DNA from: Malacoraja senta
Taxonomy: Eukaryota
Direction: 5' to 3'
NCBI GenBank assembly: GCA_038087875.1
Contig: JAXLNO010000638.1
Span: 1-64,000 of the forward strand
DNA length: 64,000 nt
In this document: piece by piece, positions 35,986-49,584 of the stretch
How positions within the stretch are numbered: the stretch's first letter is position 1
Layout: each line of letters opens with the position of its first letter
The notes under the pieces: model-generated
Databases searched by the model: none
What the model saw: the letters and a program-made list of their open reading frames with translations, nothing else
What the model was told of the DNA's origin: nothing
Translations under genes and position numbers: made by a program

Positions 35986-36229
35986 GTGATTCATCCTAGC
36001 TACTGGTTCAGCTAGGCACGGTGCTTATAGTTCTCTGTATAAAGCAGCTAATCCTATACACAGGGTTCCTCCAACCTCACACTCCATCGATCAATAGACC
36101 AACAACAGTATTGATAGATTCTGCATACGATACGATGTATGTTGCCAGGGCTATGAGGTAGGATTTCAGGAGGTAAACGCTGCCACTTTTACTTGTGCAT
36201 ATGATTTTATTTTTCATAGATACATAGAG

Positions 36230-37210
36230 TCATAGAGTTGTACAGCATAGGAATTGGTCCTTCATCTCAAGTCATCCACGCCAATCATTTTGCTCATCTG
36301 CACTAACTTTATTTGCCCGCATTAGGTCCATATGCTTCCCTGTGTCTTCCCTGTTTAAATGGCTGTCCAAAGGTCTGTTCAATGTTGTACCACCATCTCT
36401 GGCAGTGAGTTCCAGATATCAACCATTCTCTGTTTAGAAAAAAAACGTTCAAATCTCCTTTAAAATTCCTTCCTTTTGCTTTAAACTAATGCCCTCGTGT
36501 TTTAATCCCCCTACCATGGGAGATTAATGACTATTAATGATTCTGACTATCTCCCCTATCTCTTATATTTTTAGATATATCTCTCAGGTCAACCTGCAAC
36601 TTCTTTTGCCCAGGAAAAACAAGCCCTTTGTAACTAGAAGGGTCTCGACCTGAAATGTCACCCATTCCTTCTCTCCAGAGATGCTGCCTGTCCTGCTGAG
36701 TTACTCCAGCATTTTGTGTCTATTATCTCCAATCTGGTAGTATCCTGGTGAATCCTCTCTGCATTCTCTACACAACAACCACATCCTTCTTATAATGTTG
36801 CAACCAGAAATGCACACAATTCTCCAGTGTTTTGTAAAGTTGCAACAGAACATCCTAATTGTAATATCCTCACCCCTGACCTATGAAGGCAAACATGCCA
36901 TGTACCTTCTTCACCACCCTCTGTACTTTGTGTTGCCATTTTCAGGGAACAGTGGACTTGAAACCAAAGGTTCTGTTTCCCTACATTCCATTTACTCTTT
37001 GTGCCCAACCTTACCTGAGTGCCCAAAAATACATAACCATGCACATGTTGGGATTAAATTCCATCTGTCAATACTTTCTATCTGACCTAGACACTGCTAT
37101 AGCCTCAGACACTATTTTTCACTATCCATAACACTACCAACTTTTGTATGATCGGCAAACTTACTAATTATACCTCCAACATTCACTTCTCAGTCATTAA
37201 TATATATAAC
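36230..37210 (-). mobile_element. Old CR1 fragment containing a pLTR-derived piece at about 36634-36722
   Basis: catagagtcatagag tail and degenerate RT C-terminal sequence. Confidence 0.75.
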
Positions 37211-37239
37211 AGAGGAACTTGGGGCAGTCAATGGAAGTC

Positions 37240-38905
37240 TTGAGAGCAGTCAGTGATACGGTCGAAGAGGTGCTGAAGGTACTATCGTGTATGAAGGTAG
37301 ACAAATCTCCAGGGCCTGATCAGATATATCCGAGGGCATTGTGGGACACCAGAGAGGAAATTGCGTGAGCCCTGGTTGAAATTTACAAGTCATCATTAAA
37401 TCCAAGAGACTGGAAGGTAGGAAATGTTCTGCCTCTATTCAAGAAGGGCTGCAGGGAAAATGCTGGGAACTATAGGCCAGTGAGCTTAATATCTGTAGTT
37501 GGAAAGTCACTAGAGAGTTATCTGAGGGATAGGATATACATGCATTTCGATGGATAAGGGCTGATTAGGGATAGTCAGCATGGTTTTGTACATGGGAGGT
37601 CGTGTCTCACAAATCTGATTGTTTTTTGAAGATGTGACCAAAAAGGTTGAAAAGGGCAGAGCTGTAGATGTGTGTATGGACTTAAGCAAAGCTTTCGACA
37701 AAGTTCCACATGGTAGGCTGCTCTGGAAGGTTAGATCACATGGGATCCAAGGAGAGATAGCTGAATGGATAGAAAATTGGCTTCATGGAAGGAAGCAGAG
37801 GGTGATAGAAACATAGAAATTAGGTGCAGGAGTAGGCCATTCGGCCCTTCGAGCCTGCACCGCAATTCAATATGATCATGGCTGATCATCCAACTCAGTG
37901 ATGGAGGAAGGTTGCTTCTCGGCCTGAATGCCTGTGACTAGTGGTGTGCCTCAGGGTTCGGTGCTGGACCTGTTACAGTTTGTTATCTATATCAATGATT
38001 TGGATGAGAACGTCCATGGCAAGATTAGCAAATTTGCAGATGATACAAAAGTGGGTGGTATTGCAGATAGTGAAGATGGTGGTGAAAAATTGCAGCAGGA
38101 TCTTGATTGATTGGCAAGGTGGGCTGAAGAATTGTTGATGGAATATAATACAGAAAAATGTGAGGTGTTGCATGTTGGTAAGTCAAACATGGGCAAGACC
38201 TGCGCAGTGAATGGTTAGGCTCTCGGGAGTGTTGTCGAGCAGAGGGATCTAGGACTGCAGGTGCATGGATCCTTGAGGATGGTGTCGCAGGTAGATAGGG
38301 TGGTCAAAAAAGCTTTTGGCCAATTGGGCTTCATCAGTCAGAGTATTGAGGATAGAAGTTGAGAGGTCATGTTGCAGTCATATAAGACGTTGGTGAGGCC
38401 GCATTTAGAATATTGTGTTCAGTTCTGGGCACCATGTTATTATTAATAAGATGTTGTTAAGCTGGAAAGGGTGCAGAGAAGATTTACCAGGATGTTCAGT
38501 TCAGTTTAGTTTATTGTCACGTGTACCGAGGTACAGTGAAAAGCTTTTGTTGCGTGCTATCCAGTCAGCAGAAAAACAATACATGATTACAATCGAGCCA
38601 TTTACGGTGTATAGATACATGATAAGGGAATAACGTTCAGAACAAGGTAAAGCCAGCAAAATCCGAACAAGGATAGTCCAAGGGTCATCAATGAGCTAGA
38701 TAGTTGCCAGGTCTCGAGGGTCTGAGCTACAGGGAGAGGTTGAGTAGGCTGGGACTCTATTCCTTGGAGCGCAGAAGGATAAGGGGTGATCTTATAGAGG
38801 TGTATAAAATCATGGGATGAATAGATCGGGTAGATGCACAGAGTCACTTGCCCAGAGTAGGGGAATCGAGGATCAGAGGACAAAGGCTTAAGGTGAAGGG
38901 GAAAA
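37240..38905 (+). mobile_element. CR1 RT fragment with small nested insertions (CR1 tail 37806-37898; LINE tail about 38495-38705)
   Basis: [36 protein letters not shown] and KFADDTK motifs. Confidence 0.88.
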
Positions 38906-38925
38906 GATTTAGTAAAAACACACAA

Positions 38926-39490
38926 ATGTTTGACCAGGCTCCATATTGACAATGTCTACAGCCCTGCCATCATCAATCTTCTATTACTCAGTCAAATTTG
39001 TGTGATAGAAATGACCCTGCATAAAGCCACACTGACTATCCCTGATCAACCACACCTTTCCAAATATGCTTCAATCCTATTCTGTAGGATTTTCTCCATT
39101 GATTTCCCTACCACTGACATAGGCTCACTGGCCTGGGGTACTTGCTAATGATGATACAAAAGTTTACTTCAGCATTTCATATAGCACCTCCTTTGCTTCC
39201 CATAACAACCGGGACAGATCCCATCAGGTCACGGGGATTTGTCAACCTTTATGCATCCCTTAATTTATCATGGCATGTTACCAATTATACATGTACCCCC
39301 TCCACTATCTTCCACACCCTTCTCTTGGTGAATACAGATAAGGTGTTCATTTGAGATGTTGCCCACACCCACTGGCTCCACACATACGTAGATCACCCCT
39401 TTGATCGCTAAAGGAGCTCACTCCCTGGCCACCCTCTTGCTCTATATAAACGTACGGTATGATTTGGAATTCTCCTTAATCTTGCTCGCC
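38926..39490 (-). mobile_element. Highly decayed CR1 fragment
   Basis: acactgactatccctgatca, ccactgacataggctcactggcct and tggaattctccttaat resemble the CR1 pre-RT region. Confidence 0.6.
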
Positions 39491-41444
39491 AATTCTTCCA
39501 CCTTCATGAAGAGCAGAGTTTCTCGGCAAAAATCGTCAGTTTATCTGGATTCTGTATCACAGATGTTGCCGTTCTGCAGCTTTAATGATCCGTGCAGGTC
39601 ATTGAGTCTTTGGCCAGTCCACTTGTTGCCAGACAAATCCTTCAGATCGTCTGTTTCCTTCATGTTAGATAGTTTTTGGAATCTATATATTGACCTGGAA
39701 CGTCAGGCCAACATGCCCAAAAGAACCCTAAACGGGATATGTGATAAGGGAGTTATCTCGTGAGTTATAATGAAAAATGTTAGAGCTTTAGAGAGGATCT
39801 GAGAGCTTTCCACCCGGAGGATGTTTGGAATATGGAACACACTGGTTGTGTGGGTGGTGGAGACGGGTCCTCTGCAAACATAGAAGCAGTATCCAGATGA
39901 ACAGTTGAAATGCCAATGAAGAGAAGGTTACAGATTACATGTAGGGAAATGGAATTGGTATAGATACATTTCTTGATGGTTGGCATGGATGTGGTGGATC
40001 AACGGACCTGTGTCTCTCCTGCATGACTCTTGAGTCTATGACTCTAACAATGGAGAAAGTGAAGACACAAGGAACCCCAGGCACTGGAATCGTGCACAGA
40101 ACACATAGTGCTGGAGTAACTTAGCAGGTCAGGCAGCATCTGGGGAGGATGTGGGCAGGTGACATTTCGGCTCCAAAGCTAAATGTCGCCTCCAGAGACG
40201 CTTCCTGACCCACTGATTTACTCCAGCAGCTTGTAGTCTTCTGGCCTAACAGGCTTCAGACATGCGGCCTCAGATTAATTGGGCCATTTGCAACGTCTGT
40301 AAGACTGATTCTTTGAGACTGTTTCAAATTGATTATTGGCCGTGTGGATTATTCCATTAGATCAGGTTACTTCAAACAAACTACTGGGAATCTAAAATAA
40401 GAACTGAAAATGCTGGAACTATTCAGTGCATTGTGGTAACTCTTAGAGAAACAGAGAAAATGCTTCACATTTTGTAGTGAGCATTCATCAGAATTTTCAG
40501 ATGAAGCAACATTTGGCCATTCAATCATGGCTGATCTATCTCTCCCTCCTAACCCTATTCTCCTGCCTTCTCCCCATAACCTCTGACACCTGTACTAATC
40601 AAGTACTGTCTCTATCTCTGCCTTAACTGCTCGATCTAGCATGACAGTAACAATGCAACTTTTGTGTAAATCACACTTCCACATCTTTTTTCTGCTTCAG
40701 CTCATCTAATGCTGTGCCACTGATAAGCAATTGCTTAAACGACTTTTTGTACTCGATTATATTTGTACTCGATTATATTTCTTAATATAAAATGCCATTT
40801 GCGTCTCATCTGCCATACTGCAGATTTTTTTTAATTTTGATCCTCTCCTGGGATTACCCGCTTCTCTTGTACAACCTGGTGACATCCACTTGCTTACTCG
40901 ACTGCAAGATGCTGGTTTTGTGGAGGTTGTTAACACTTACTGTGAACAGCAGGGTCGTCAGCGTAGATGCCTGGAATGATGCCAGTTCTTCCAAGTACCC
41001 ATTTAGAATGAGGATCACTGATATGTGCCATCTGTGTTGATTTCTTAGTCCAGTTTGATGTTTCATCTTATTTCTATAATTTTTCACACCAGCCTTATGT
41101 TCCAGGATAATCCACAATAAATGTTTATTCTCCTTCAAAGTATCTTCCAATTCCTCTACTGTTGAGTGTGATTGATCCCATTGTTGACTTTAATTCTGAA
41201 ATCATACACAAAGAAGTCAGCAGTGAATGATGCATTAACACTCGTTCGGAAATACTCTTCAAGTCCTGAATGTAAACAGAATTTTGCACTTCTTAAAATA
41301 ATAGAACATATAGTGCATTCAGAAAGCATTCAGACCTCTTCACCTTTTCCACATTTTGTTACATTACAGCCTTATTCACTTTTTTTTTATCATCAATCTA
41401 CACACAATACCCCATAATAAAAAAGCGAAAACAGGTGTTTAGAA

Positions 41445-41695
41445 AGCATCGACTTGTGGCGAGGGAGAATCTCCTTTCTGCTTCACTTTCTTATTAATTT
41501 CTTTTCTTTACCTCACACTCACTAGACTTTCCTTTACTCTTCACTACTTCTTTCTTTCTCATTTCTTTCTAAAAAAAAAGGAAGTTGTACGAAGAATGTT
41601 ATAATAATTCTGGGAACCTGTAAAAAGGTACCATCAAAATGTAATGTACTTCTAATAAATTAAAAAGCAAAAAAATAAAAAAATAAAAATAAAAA
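41445..41695 (+). mobile_element. L1 3' UTR/poly(A) fragment inside the left Tc1 TIR
   Basis: Shares atgtaatgtacttctaataaat and an A-rich tail with the full-length L1 3' end (about 25552). Confidence 0.75.
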
Positions 41696-41914
41696 TAACT
41701 GAAATATCACATTTACGTAAGTATTCAGACCCTTTACTCAGTACTTTGTTGAGGCACCTTTGGCAGCGATTACAGCCTCAAGTCTTCTTGGGTATGATGC
41801 TACAAGCTTGGCACACCTGTATTTGGGTAATTTCTCCCATTCTTCTCTGCAGATCCTCTCAAGCTCTGTCAGGTTGGATAGGGAGCGTCGATGCACAGCT
41901 ATTTTCAGGTCCCT

Positions 41915-42904
41915 CATAGAAACATAGAAAATAGGTGCAGGAGGAGGCCATTCGGCCCTTCGTGCCAGCACCGCCATTCATTGTGATCATGGCGGATCGT
42001 CCCCAATCAATAACCCGTGTCTGCCTTCTCCCCATGTCCCTTGATTCCACTAGCCCCTGGAGCTCTATCTAACTCTCCCTTAAATCCATCCAGTGATTTG
42101 GTCTCCACTTCCGTCTGTGGCAGGGAATTCCACAAATTCACAACTCTCTGGGTGAAAACATTTTTTCTCACCTCAGTCTTAAATGGCCTCCCCTTTATTC
42201 TAAGACTGTGGCCCCTGGTTCTGGACTCGCCCAACATTGGGAACATTTTTCCTGCATCTAGCTTGTCCAGTCCTTTTATAACTTTAGATGTTTCTATAAG
42301 ATATCCCCTCATCCTTCTAAACTCCAGTGAATACAAGCCTAGTCTTTTCAATCTTTCCTCATATGACAGTCCCGCCATCCCAGGGATCAATCTTGTGAAC
42401 CTATCACAAGGATGTCATTCCTCCAATTAGGAGACCCAAAACTGTACGCAATACTCCAGATGTGGTCTTACCAGAGCCCTATACAACTGCAGAAGAACCT
42501 CTCTACTCTTATACTGAAATCCTCTTGTTATGAAGGCCAACATTCCATTAGCTTTCTTCACTGCCTGCTGTACCTGCACGCCAACTTTCAGTGACCGGTG
42601 TACAAGGACACCCAGGTCTCGCTGTACCTCCCCCTTACCTAACCTAACCATCATTGAGATAATAATCTGCCCCATTGTTTTTGCCACCAAAGTGGATAAC
42701 CTCACATTTATCTATATTATACTGCATCTGCCACGCATCTGCCCACTCACTCAACCTGTCCAGCTCACCCTGCAACCTCCTAACATCCTCTTCACAGTTC
42801 ACACTGCCACCCAGCTTTGTGTCATCCGCAAACTTGCTAGTGTTGCTCCTAATTCCCTCTTCCAAATCATTAATATATATGGTAAACAGTTGTGGCCCCA
42901 ATAC
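41915..42904 (-). mobile_element. CR1 5'-truncated copy replacing the middle of the Tc1
   Basis: ORFs 42007-42390 and 42427-42705, FADDTK; same subfamily as 4401-6017. Confidence 0.92.
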
Positions 42905-43309
42905 CGCTGGTGGACTCCAATCAAATTGTAGAAATATCTCAAGGATAATCAATGAAAACAGGATGAACCTGAGCTCAATTTTGAGTGTCATAGCAAGGGT
43001 CTGAATACTTATGTAAATGTGATATTTCAGTTATTTCTTTTTAATTACTTTACAAAAATTTCTAAACACCTATTTTTGCTTTTTTATTATGGGGTATTGT
43101 GTGTAGATTGATGAGAAAAAAGTGAATTTAATCCATTTTAGAATAAGGCTGTAACGTAACAAAATGTGGAAAAAGTGAAGGGGTGTGAATACTTTCTGAA
43201 TGCCCTGTAGAACAGTCCAGCGCAAAAACAGGCCCTTTGGCCCACAATGTCTGCCTCAATTATATTTTCGAGAGATATAAAATATTCAATACATCATATT
43301 CGCTGCAAT

Positions 43310-43790
43310 TTCTTCCATCCAAGATCGCAAGAAATTGCAGAGAATTGTGGACGCAACCCAGAACATCACACAAACCAACCACCCTTCCATTGACTCCATT
43401 TACGCCACACGCTGCCTCGGCAAGGTCAGCAGCATAATCAAGGATGAGTCGCACCCTGACCACTCCTTCTCTGGGCAAATGGTATAGAAGTGTGAAAATG
43501 CACACCTCCAGATTCAGGGACAGTTTCTTCCCAGCTGTTATCAGGCAACTGAACCATCCTATCACAACTAGAGAGCAGTCCTGAACTGTTATCTACCTCA
43601 TTTCTGATCCTCGGACTATCTTTGATCGGACCTTACTGACATTTACCTTGCACTAAACATTATTCCCTTATCATGTATCTAACAGTGAATGGCTCGATTG
43701 TAATCATGTATTGTCTTTCCGCCTACTGGTTTGCACGCAACAAAAGCTTTCCACTGTACCTCGGTACATGTGACAATATACTGAACTGAG
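43310..43790 (+). mobile_element. Rex1/L2-type LINE 3' fragment (related pieces at about 46840-47040 minus, 50190-50490, 51150-51535, 62700-63100)
   Basis: LQRIVDATQNIT..LPSIDSIYATRCLGKVSSIIKDESHP..RFRDSFFPAVIRQLN, with a tgacaat-type tail. Confidence 0.7.
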
Positions 43791-43934
43791 TTGATGTGTA
43801 AAATTCCTATATAATGGTGCGGAACCTATTGTCTTATCCTTTGTTGTCTGTCTGAAATTGCTTCCAAAACAATAGGTTTCAGTAATTAGTTCTCATTATT
43901 ACCAATGTGAAACTAAATGGGTCAGAACAGTAGT

Positions 43935-45220
43935 TTACTTTAATTTAGTTTAGTTTATAGATATACAGTGTGGAAACAGGCTCTTTGGCCCACCAAGTCT
44001 GCGCCCACCATTAATCATCCCATGCACGAGTTCTATCCGACACGTTAGGGACAATCCAAACCAATTAACTTATGAACAACCTGCACGTCTTTGGGATTTG
44101 GGAGAAAACTGAAGCACCCGGAGAAAATCCACACAGTCACAGGGAGAACGTACAAACTCTGTACAGAGAGCACCTGTGGTCAGGATCGAACCCGGGTCTC
44201 TGGCACCGTAAGGCAGTAACTCTACTGTGCCACCCACACATTTTTCACATGGAACAGCACATCTGATTTTTTTTAGTTTCTGAATCCGATCCAGCAAAGT
44301 TTATTATTTTAAGAAAATGGAATACTTTCATGCTGCATTGTCTTTCAGATCAGAGGTAAACATTTCCCCCTTTTAGCTCATTTGAGTGCATAAAATCTCA
44401 TGACATTATGCACTGTCTTTTTTTTGCAGTCTTTTTATACACTGCCTTGCATAATTTATGTGTAATTTATGTATAATTCATATTTTAACATGTTGTCTGA
44501 GTCTATATACTGTACCTGCAATGCTACTGCAAGCAAGATTTTCATTGTACCTGGACCCCACCGTACTCCTGCATATGACAATATACTCAATTTGACTCGT
44601 TTTGAAGAAAAGGAGTAAGTTCTCCTAGTGCCTTCGTCGAGATTCCTGCCTGACCCAGCACCAAATGAAAGCTGGTGTTCATTGACTGCAGTTTGTATAA
44701 TGTGCCAAGAAAATAACACGGTGGCACAGCAGAAGAGTTGCTGCCTCACAGCATCAGAGACCCGGGTTCGATCCTGATTATGGGTGCTGTCTGTATGGAG
44801 TTTGTACGTTCTCCCTGTGACCATGTGGGTTTTCTCCAGGAGCTCTGGTTTCCACCCACACTCCAAAGACTTTAGACTTTAGAGATACAGAGTGGAAACA
44901 GGCCCTTCGGCCCACTGAGTCTGCGCCGACCACGATAACCCCATACACTAGCACCATCCTAATTTCCAGAAGCCAATTAACATACAAACCTGTACGTCTT
45001 TGGAATGTGGGAGGAAACCGGAGCACCCGGAGAAAACACAGGGAGAACGTATAAACTCTGCACAGTCAGCAAGACGTACAGGTTTGTAGGCTAATTAGCT
45101 TGGTAAAATTGTAAATTCTCCCTAGTGTGTGTAGAGGAGAGTATTAGTGTACAGCGATCGTTGGTCAGCGCAGACTCGATGGACCGAAGGGCCTTTTTCC
45201 GCACTGTATAACTAAACTGA
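43935..45220. mobile_element. HE1/V-SINE cluster: about 43935-44235 minus; about 44715-45220 plus with a nested minus copy at 44871-45070
   Basis: SINE heads and V-domains; the nested copy is flanked by AAGAC. Confidence 0.8.
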
Positions 45221-47074
45221 ACTCCATTTGTCCACGTTATTCAAGCATTCGCACTTTAAAATTAGCTAATACTCTGATGCAACTTAGTGCATCCTGAAAC
45301 CACAGTAAGATTTAGTCATAGAGTGGTACAGTGTGGAAACAGGCCCTACAGTCCAGCTTGTCCATGTGACCAAGATGCCCCAACTACACTAATCCCACAC
45401 CCATATCTGTTCATATTCCTCTAAACCTTTCCTATCCACATACATTGTTTCCTTTCAGATATTTAGACCGAGTTATCTTTATCATATCAGCCATTCTTTC
45501 AGCAGTTTCAACCCTTGCTTCATGTGTGTCCTCTTTCGACAGAACTTCATTGTCCATGGAAACTTATCGGGGTGTTGTACTCTAAAGGTTTTGGTTTGGC
45601 CTGGCGCATAACTGCGGTGTGTGATGCAGGCAAGATCTGGAGCCGTTTGTATTGAAGCTGTGGTGTGGGACCACCTTATGGAGACAAGCTCAAATCACCT
45701 AAAACATAACTGTAACTGGTGAGGACTGAAGGGTAATAAGTTTTCAGACACCCAAGTGTAGTTCACTGCTCAGCAACCTTAAAATGTAATTTTAAAAGAC
45801 CTTTAATGTTGTCCGGGAGCCTGCTCTATACAAGATTTCCATTTCTTAGATCCTCAACCACTTAACTGACTGTACAGCATAAGTCTTCTGGCTACACATC
45901 AGTCAAACTCCCACAAGTAACATAACTGCGCTCTTAATGACAATTTAATCGAGCTCCATTGTTTACCCCAGTTTCAATTGCAATCAACTTCTTCCAAATA
46001 CAAAACTACGGGGAGAAATTAAAAAGACCTACAGAGTAGTTCCAGACCTGAACCAGTGCACTGAAAGGGGGGGGGGGGGTCATGACTGGTGGTTTTCAAA
46101 AGCTTCCCCTGCCAACTTAGCACCATTAGCTCAGAGGGCACCATCTGCAATACCATGCCTGATGCTTGGCAGATGGATGGCCAGTTAATATGTCTGGAAT
46201 TTCCAGCAGCTTATTTTAATTAACAATAAATTGGGAGCATTCCAACCTTGTGAAGTTTGCTCCCATGCAGTGAAACCTCAACATGTTACATTCATCTGGT
46301 GTGTGGTCTTTCGTCTTGCCCCACCTGTTAACAATCTTCTCCAGCTTCATCAATGTATTTTCCTTCCTTTCATACAGCACAGGATGGGGCTATTTTGTTT
46401 TATTGCACCTGTCCTCATATGATGAAAGAGTTGTTCAGTTAGTCATAGTCATACAGCGTGGAAATAGGCCCTTCAGCCCCATCTGCACGTTCCAAATGCC
46501 TGCTTTTGGCCTCTATCCCTCTAAACCTGTCCTATCCATGTACCTGTCTAAATGTTTCTTAATAGTCCTGCTCCTGTTACTAGAAAGTGAGTATTGCATT
46601 TCTTTGAAAAACTCCTTCAGAGAGTACAGTCCAGATCATAAAAACTTGCAAAAAATATTGTTTTCATACTTCCGCTCAGACATTTGCCTGAAATCCTTGT
46701 CCTCTGGTTCCTGACCTGCCATGTGTAATCTTTGCTGGGCACAGCCAGTGGCATTCCTGCCCCTGAGAATATTGTGGGAAGCCCGTGTTTTAAGCATGGG
46801 GAATGAGACTGGGGCTCCGGCACAGTAATGGAGAAGGGGGGTGTGGGGAGCGATGAGCTGCCTTCCTGAGGCAGCGATTCCTGTTGATCCCTTTTATGGT
46901 GGGGATGTCTGTATCTGTGACGGACAGGGCAATGTCGACAACTTTCTGCACCCATCTTCGTTCTTGAGCCTTCAAATTTCCAAACCAGGCCACGATGCAA
47001 CCACTCAATTTGCTCTCCATGGTACACTTAGAAGTTCAAGAGATTATTTGGGGACCTGCCAATCCCAAACCAAT

Positions 47075-47945
47075 TAGAAATATAGAAAAATAGGTGCAGG
47101 AGTAGGCCATTCGGCCCTTCGAGCCAGCACCGCCATTCAATATGATCATGGCTGATCATCTAAAATCAGTACCCTGTCCTGCATTTTCCCTTATCCCTTG
47201 ATTCCTTTAGCCCTAAGAGCTAAATCTAACTCCCTCTTGAAAACATCCAGTGAATTGGCCTCCACAGCCTTCTGTGGCAGAGAATTACATGGATTCGCAA
47301 CTCTCTGGGTGAAGAAGTATTTCATCATCTCAGTCCTAAATGGCCTACCCCTTATTCTTAAACTGTGACCCCTGATTCTGGACTCCCCCAACATCAGGAA
47401 CATATTTCCTGCATCTAGTCTGTCCAATCCTTTAAGAATTTTATATGTTTCTATAAGATCCCCTCTCATTCCAGTGAATACACGCTGCACTCCCTCAATA
47501 GCAAAAATGTCCTTTCTCAAATTAGGAGACCAAAACTGCACACAATACTCCAGGTGCGGTCTCACTAGGGCCCTGTACAACTGCAGTAGGACCTCCTTGC
47601 TCCTAAACTCAAATCCTCTCGCAATGAAGGCCAACATGCCATTAACTTTCTTCACTGCCTGCTGTACCTGCATGCTTACTTTCAGTGACTGATGTACAAG
47701 GACACCCAGATCTCATTCCACCTCTCCCTTTCCTTCAGATAATAATCTGCCTTCCTGATCTTGTCACCAAAGTAGATAACTTCACATTTATCCACATTAT
47801 ACTGCATCTGCCATGATCTGCCCACTCACCCAACCTGTCCAAGTCACCCTGCAGCCTCATAGCATCTTCATCGCAGCTCATACTGCCACCCAGCTTTTGT
47901 GTCATCTGCAAACTTGGAGATATCACATTTAATTCCCTCATCTAA
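47075..47945 (-). mobile_element. CR1 5'-truncated copy
   Basis: ORF 47191-47673 (LVRPHLEYC) and the 3' stem-loop. Confidence 0.9.
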
Positions 47946-48651
47946 TTTGAAACAGTATTGCTGTTGGTTCCAGCAGTCTCACAGTTTGCCCACTCTGGTA
48001 ATTTTGCAAACAAAAAGGTGTTAAATCTATCACTGAAGATCAAAAACCATCTTCCTTATGCATTTGTTTTATTGGTGTTAATATTAATTTCAATATCCCT
48101 CCTGACGGATCCACTGCCATACGTCACGCAAGGAAGGGTGGTAATTCAAGATTTTCATCCCATTATCTCCCCCAAAGCAGATAATAAATGGCTCATAACC
48201 TTAACCCAATTGGCAGATATCTCAGATGAACTCGTAACTGGAGAGTTCATGTAAAGGGGAGGAGGTCAAATTCCTAAGCCATGGGAACCAGTGCAACTGA
48301 TTACGTTAGAACTGAGCAGGGTCATGGCCAATGGTGGATGGTGTTCTCTCATTCTGACTTGGAGAACTCCAACTAAAATGACAGCACAGAATAAAGTGGT
48401 TAAAATCCATAAGAGTGGTAGAGGTGGCATATTCCACTTACTTTCCAAAATGTATTTCCCATTGATTCCATTGAAACGGCATTCCTGAAGTGGAATAAAA
48501 CACATAAAGATATCACATGGTGCCACCAAACTGGTCAAACTGGTGGTCCTGATGCTGTAACGATATGTCTATTCTTCCAATCTACCACATGCAGTCCCTG
48601 CACATTTTTTATTACCTGCACTTTCAATGTAACTGTAACACTATACTCTGC

Positions 48652-49095
48652 AGATGGACACAAAGTGCAGGAGTAACTTAGCGGGTCAGGCATCATCTCT
48701 GGAGAAAAGGAATAGATAACATTTCAAAATGTCACCTTTTCCTTCTCTCCAGAGATGCTGCCTGACCAGTTGGGTTACTCCAGCATTTTTTGTCGATCTT
48801 CAGTATAAACCAGCATCTGCAGTTCCTTCCTACACACTCTACCCTGCACTGTTTCCTTTCGTTTTTTCAGCACTACTTGTGTCTGGTTTGATTGTATATT
48901 CAAGCATGGTACAATTGGCTGGATAGCACACAAAGCTTTTTCCTCTCGGTACAGGTGAGAATAGTAAATCAATGCCAAACCCAAGACCAAGTAAACTGAA
49001 GAGAGACACAAAAAGCTGGAGTAACTCAGCGGGACAGGTAGCATCTCTGGACAGAAGGAATGGGTCACGTTTCGGGTCGAGACCTTCTTCGCTGA
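48652..49095. mobile_element. Two Penelope-pLTR-derived pieces (palindrome about 48652-48832; minus copy about 49000-49092)
   Basis: gctggagtaactcagcggg...cagcatctctggag arms and gtttcgggtcgagaccttcttc. Confidence 0.75.
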
Positions 49096-49159
49096 TCCGC
49101 ACAAGTCAACTGAAGCAGTCAGCTTTTGGTTGAACTTGTAAACTGTCTTCCTTTATCTG

Positions 49160-49415
49160 GGCGGCACGATGGCGCAGCGGTAGAGTTGCTGCCTTATTGC
49201 GCCAGAGACACGGGTTCGATCCGGACTATGGGTACTGTCTGCATGGAGTTTGTACATTCTTGCTATGATTGTGTGGGTTTTCACCGGGTGCTCCGGTTTC
49301 CTCCCACGCTCCAGAGATGTACAGGTTTGTAGATTGATTGGCTTCAGTAAAATCGTAAATCGTCTTGTGTGCATGTAGGATAGCGCTAGTGTGCGGGGAC
49401 CACTGTCAGCGCGGC
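49160..49415 (+). mobile_element. HE1/V-SINE-type SINE
   Basis: A box tggcgcagcgg, B box ggttcgatcc and the V-domain. Confidence 0.85.
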
Positions 49416-49584
49416 CAACATTAGACAGTGCTGTGTGAGAAGAAACTATTCACAGTTGCTGCACTTCAGCAAAGGTCCACCTGCTGTGGGATAGCACGAG
49501 TTTGTGAAATGCACAATCTTCTTTCACTGTCCTTGCTTTGATTACTGAAGTTAATCTAACCAGAGGCAATGTTTCCACCTGCAG

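Larger units (their letters stand above)
41311..43207 (-). mobile_element. Tc1-like DNA transposon (IR/DR type), internally deleted, with nested L1 tail and CR1
   Basis: TA on both flanks; about 210-bp TIRs with outer and inner G(T/C)ATTCAGACC repeats; transposase C-terminus DLKIAVHRRSLSNLTELERICREEWEKLPKYRCAKLVASYPRRLEAVIAAKGASTKY* (41738-41914). Confidence 0.93.

Noticed and set aside
40748..40780. 16-bp tandem duplication ttgtactcgattatat
   Set aside because: It is an isolated slippage-type duplication with no associated structure.
40854..41150. Minus-strand ORF with an internal GTAAGT donor-like site
   Set aside because: There is no recognisable protein similarity and no convincing acceptor.
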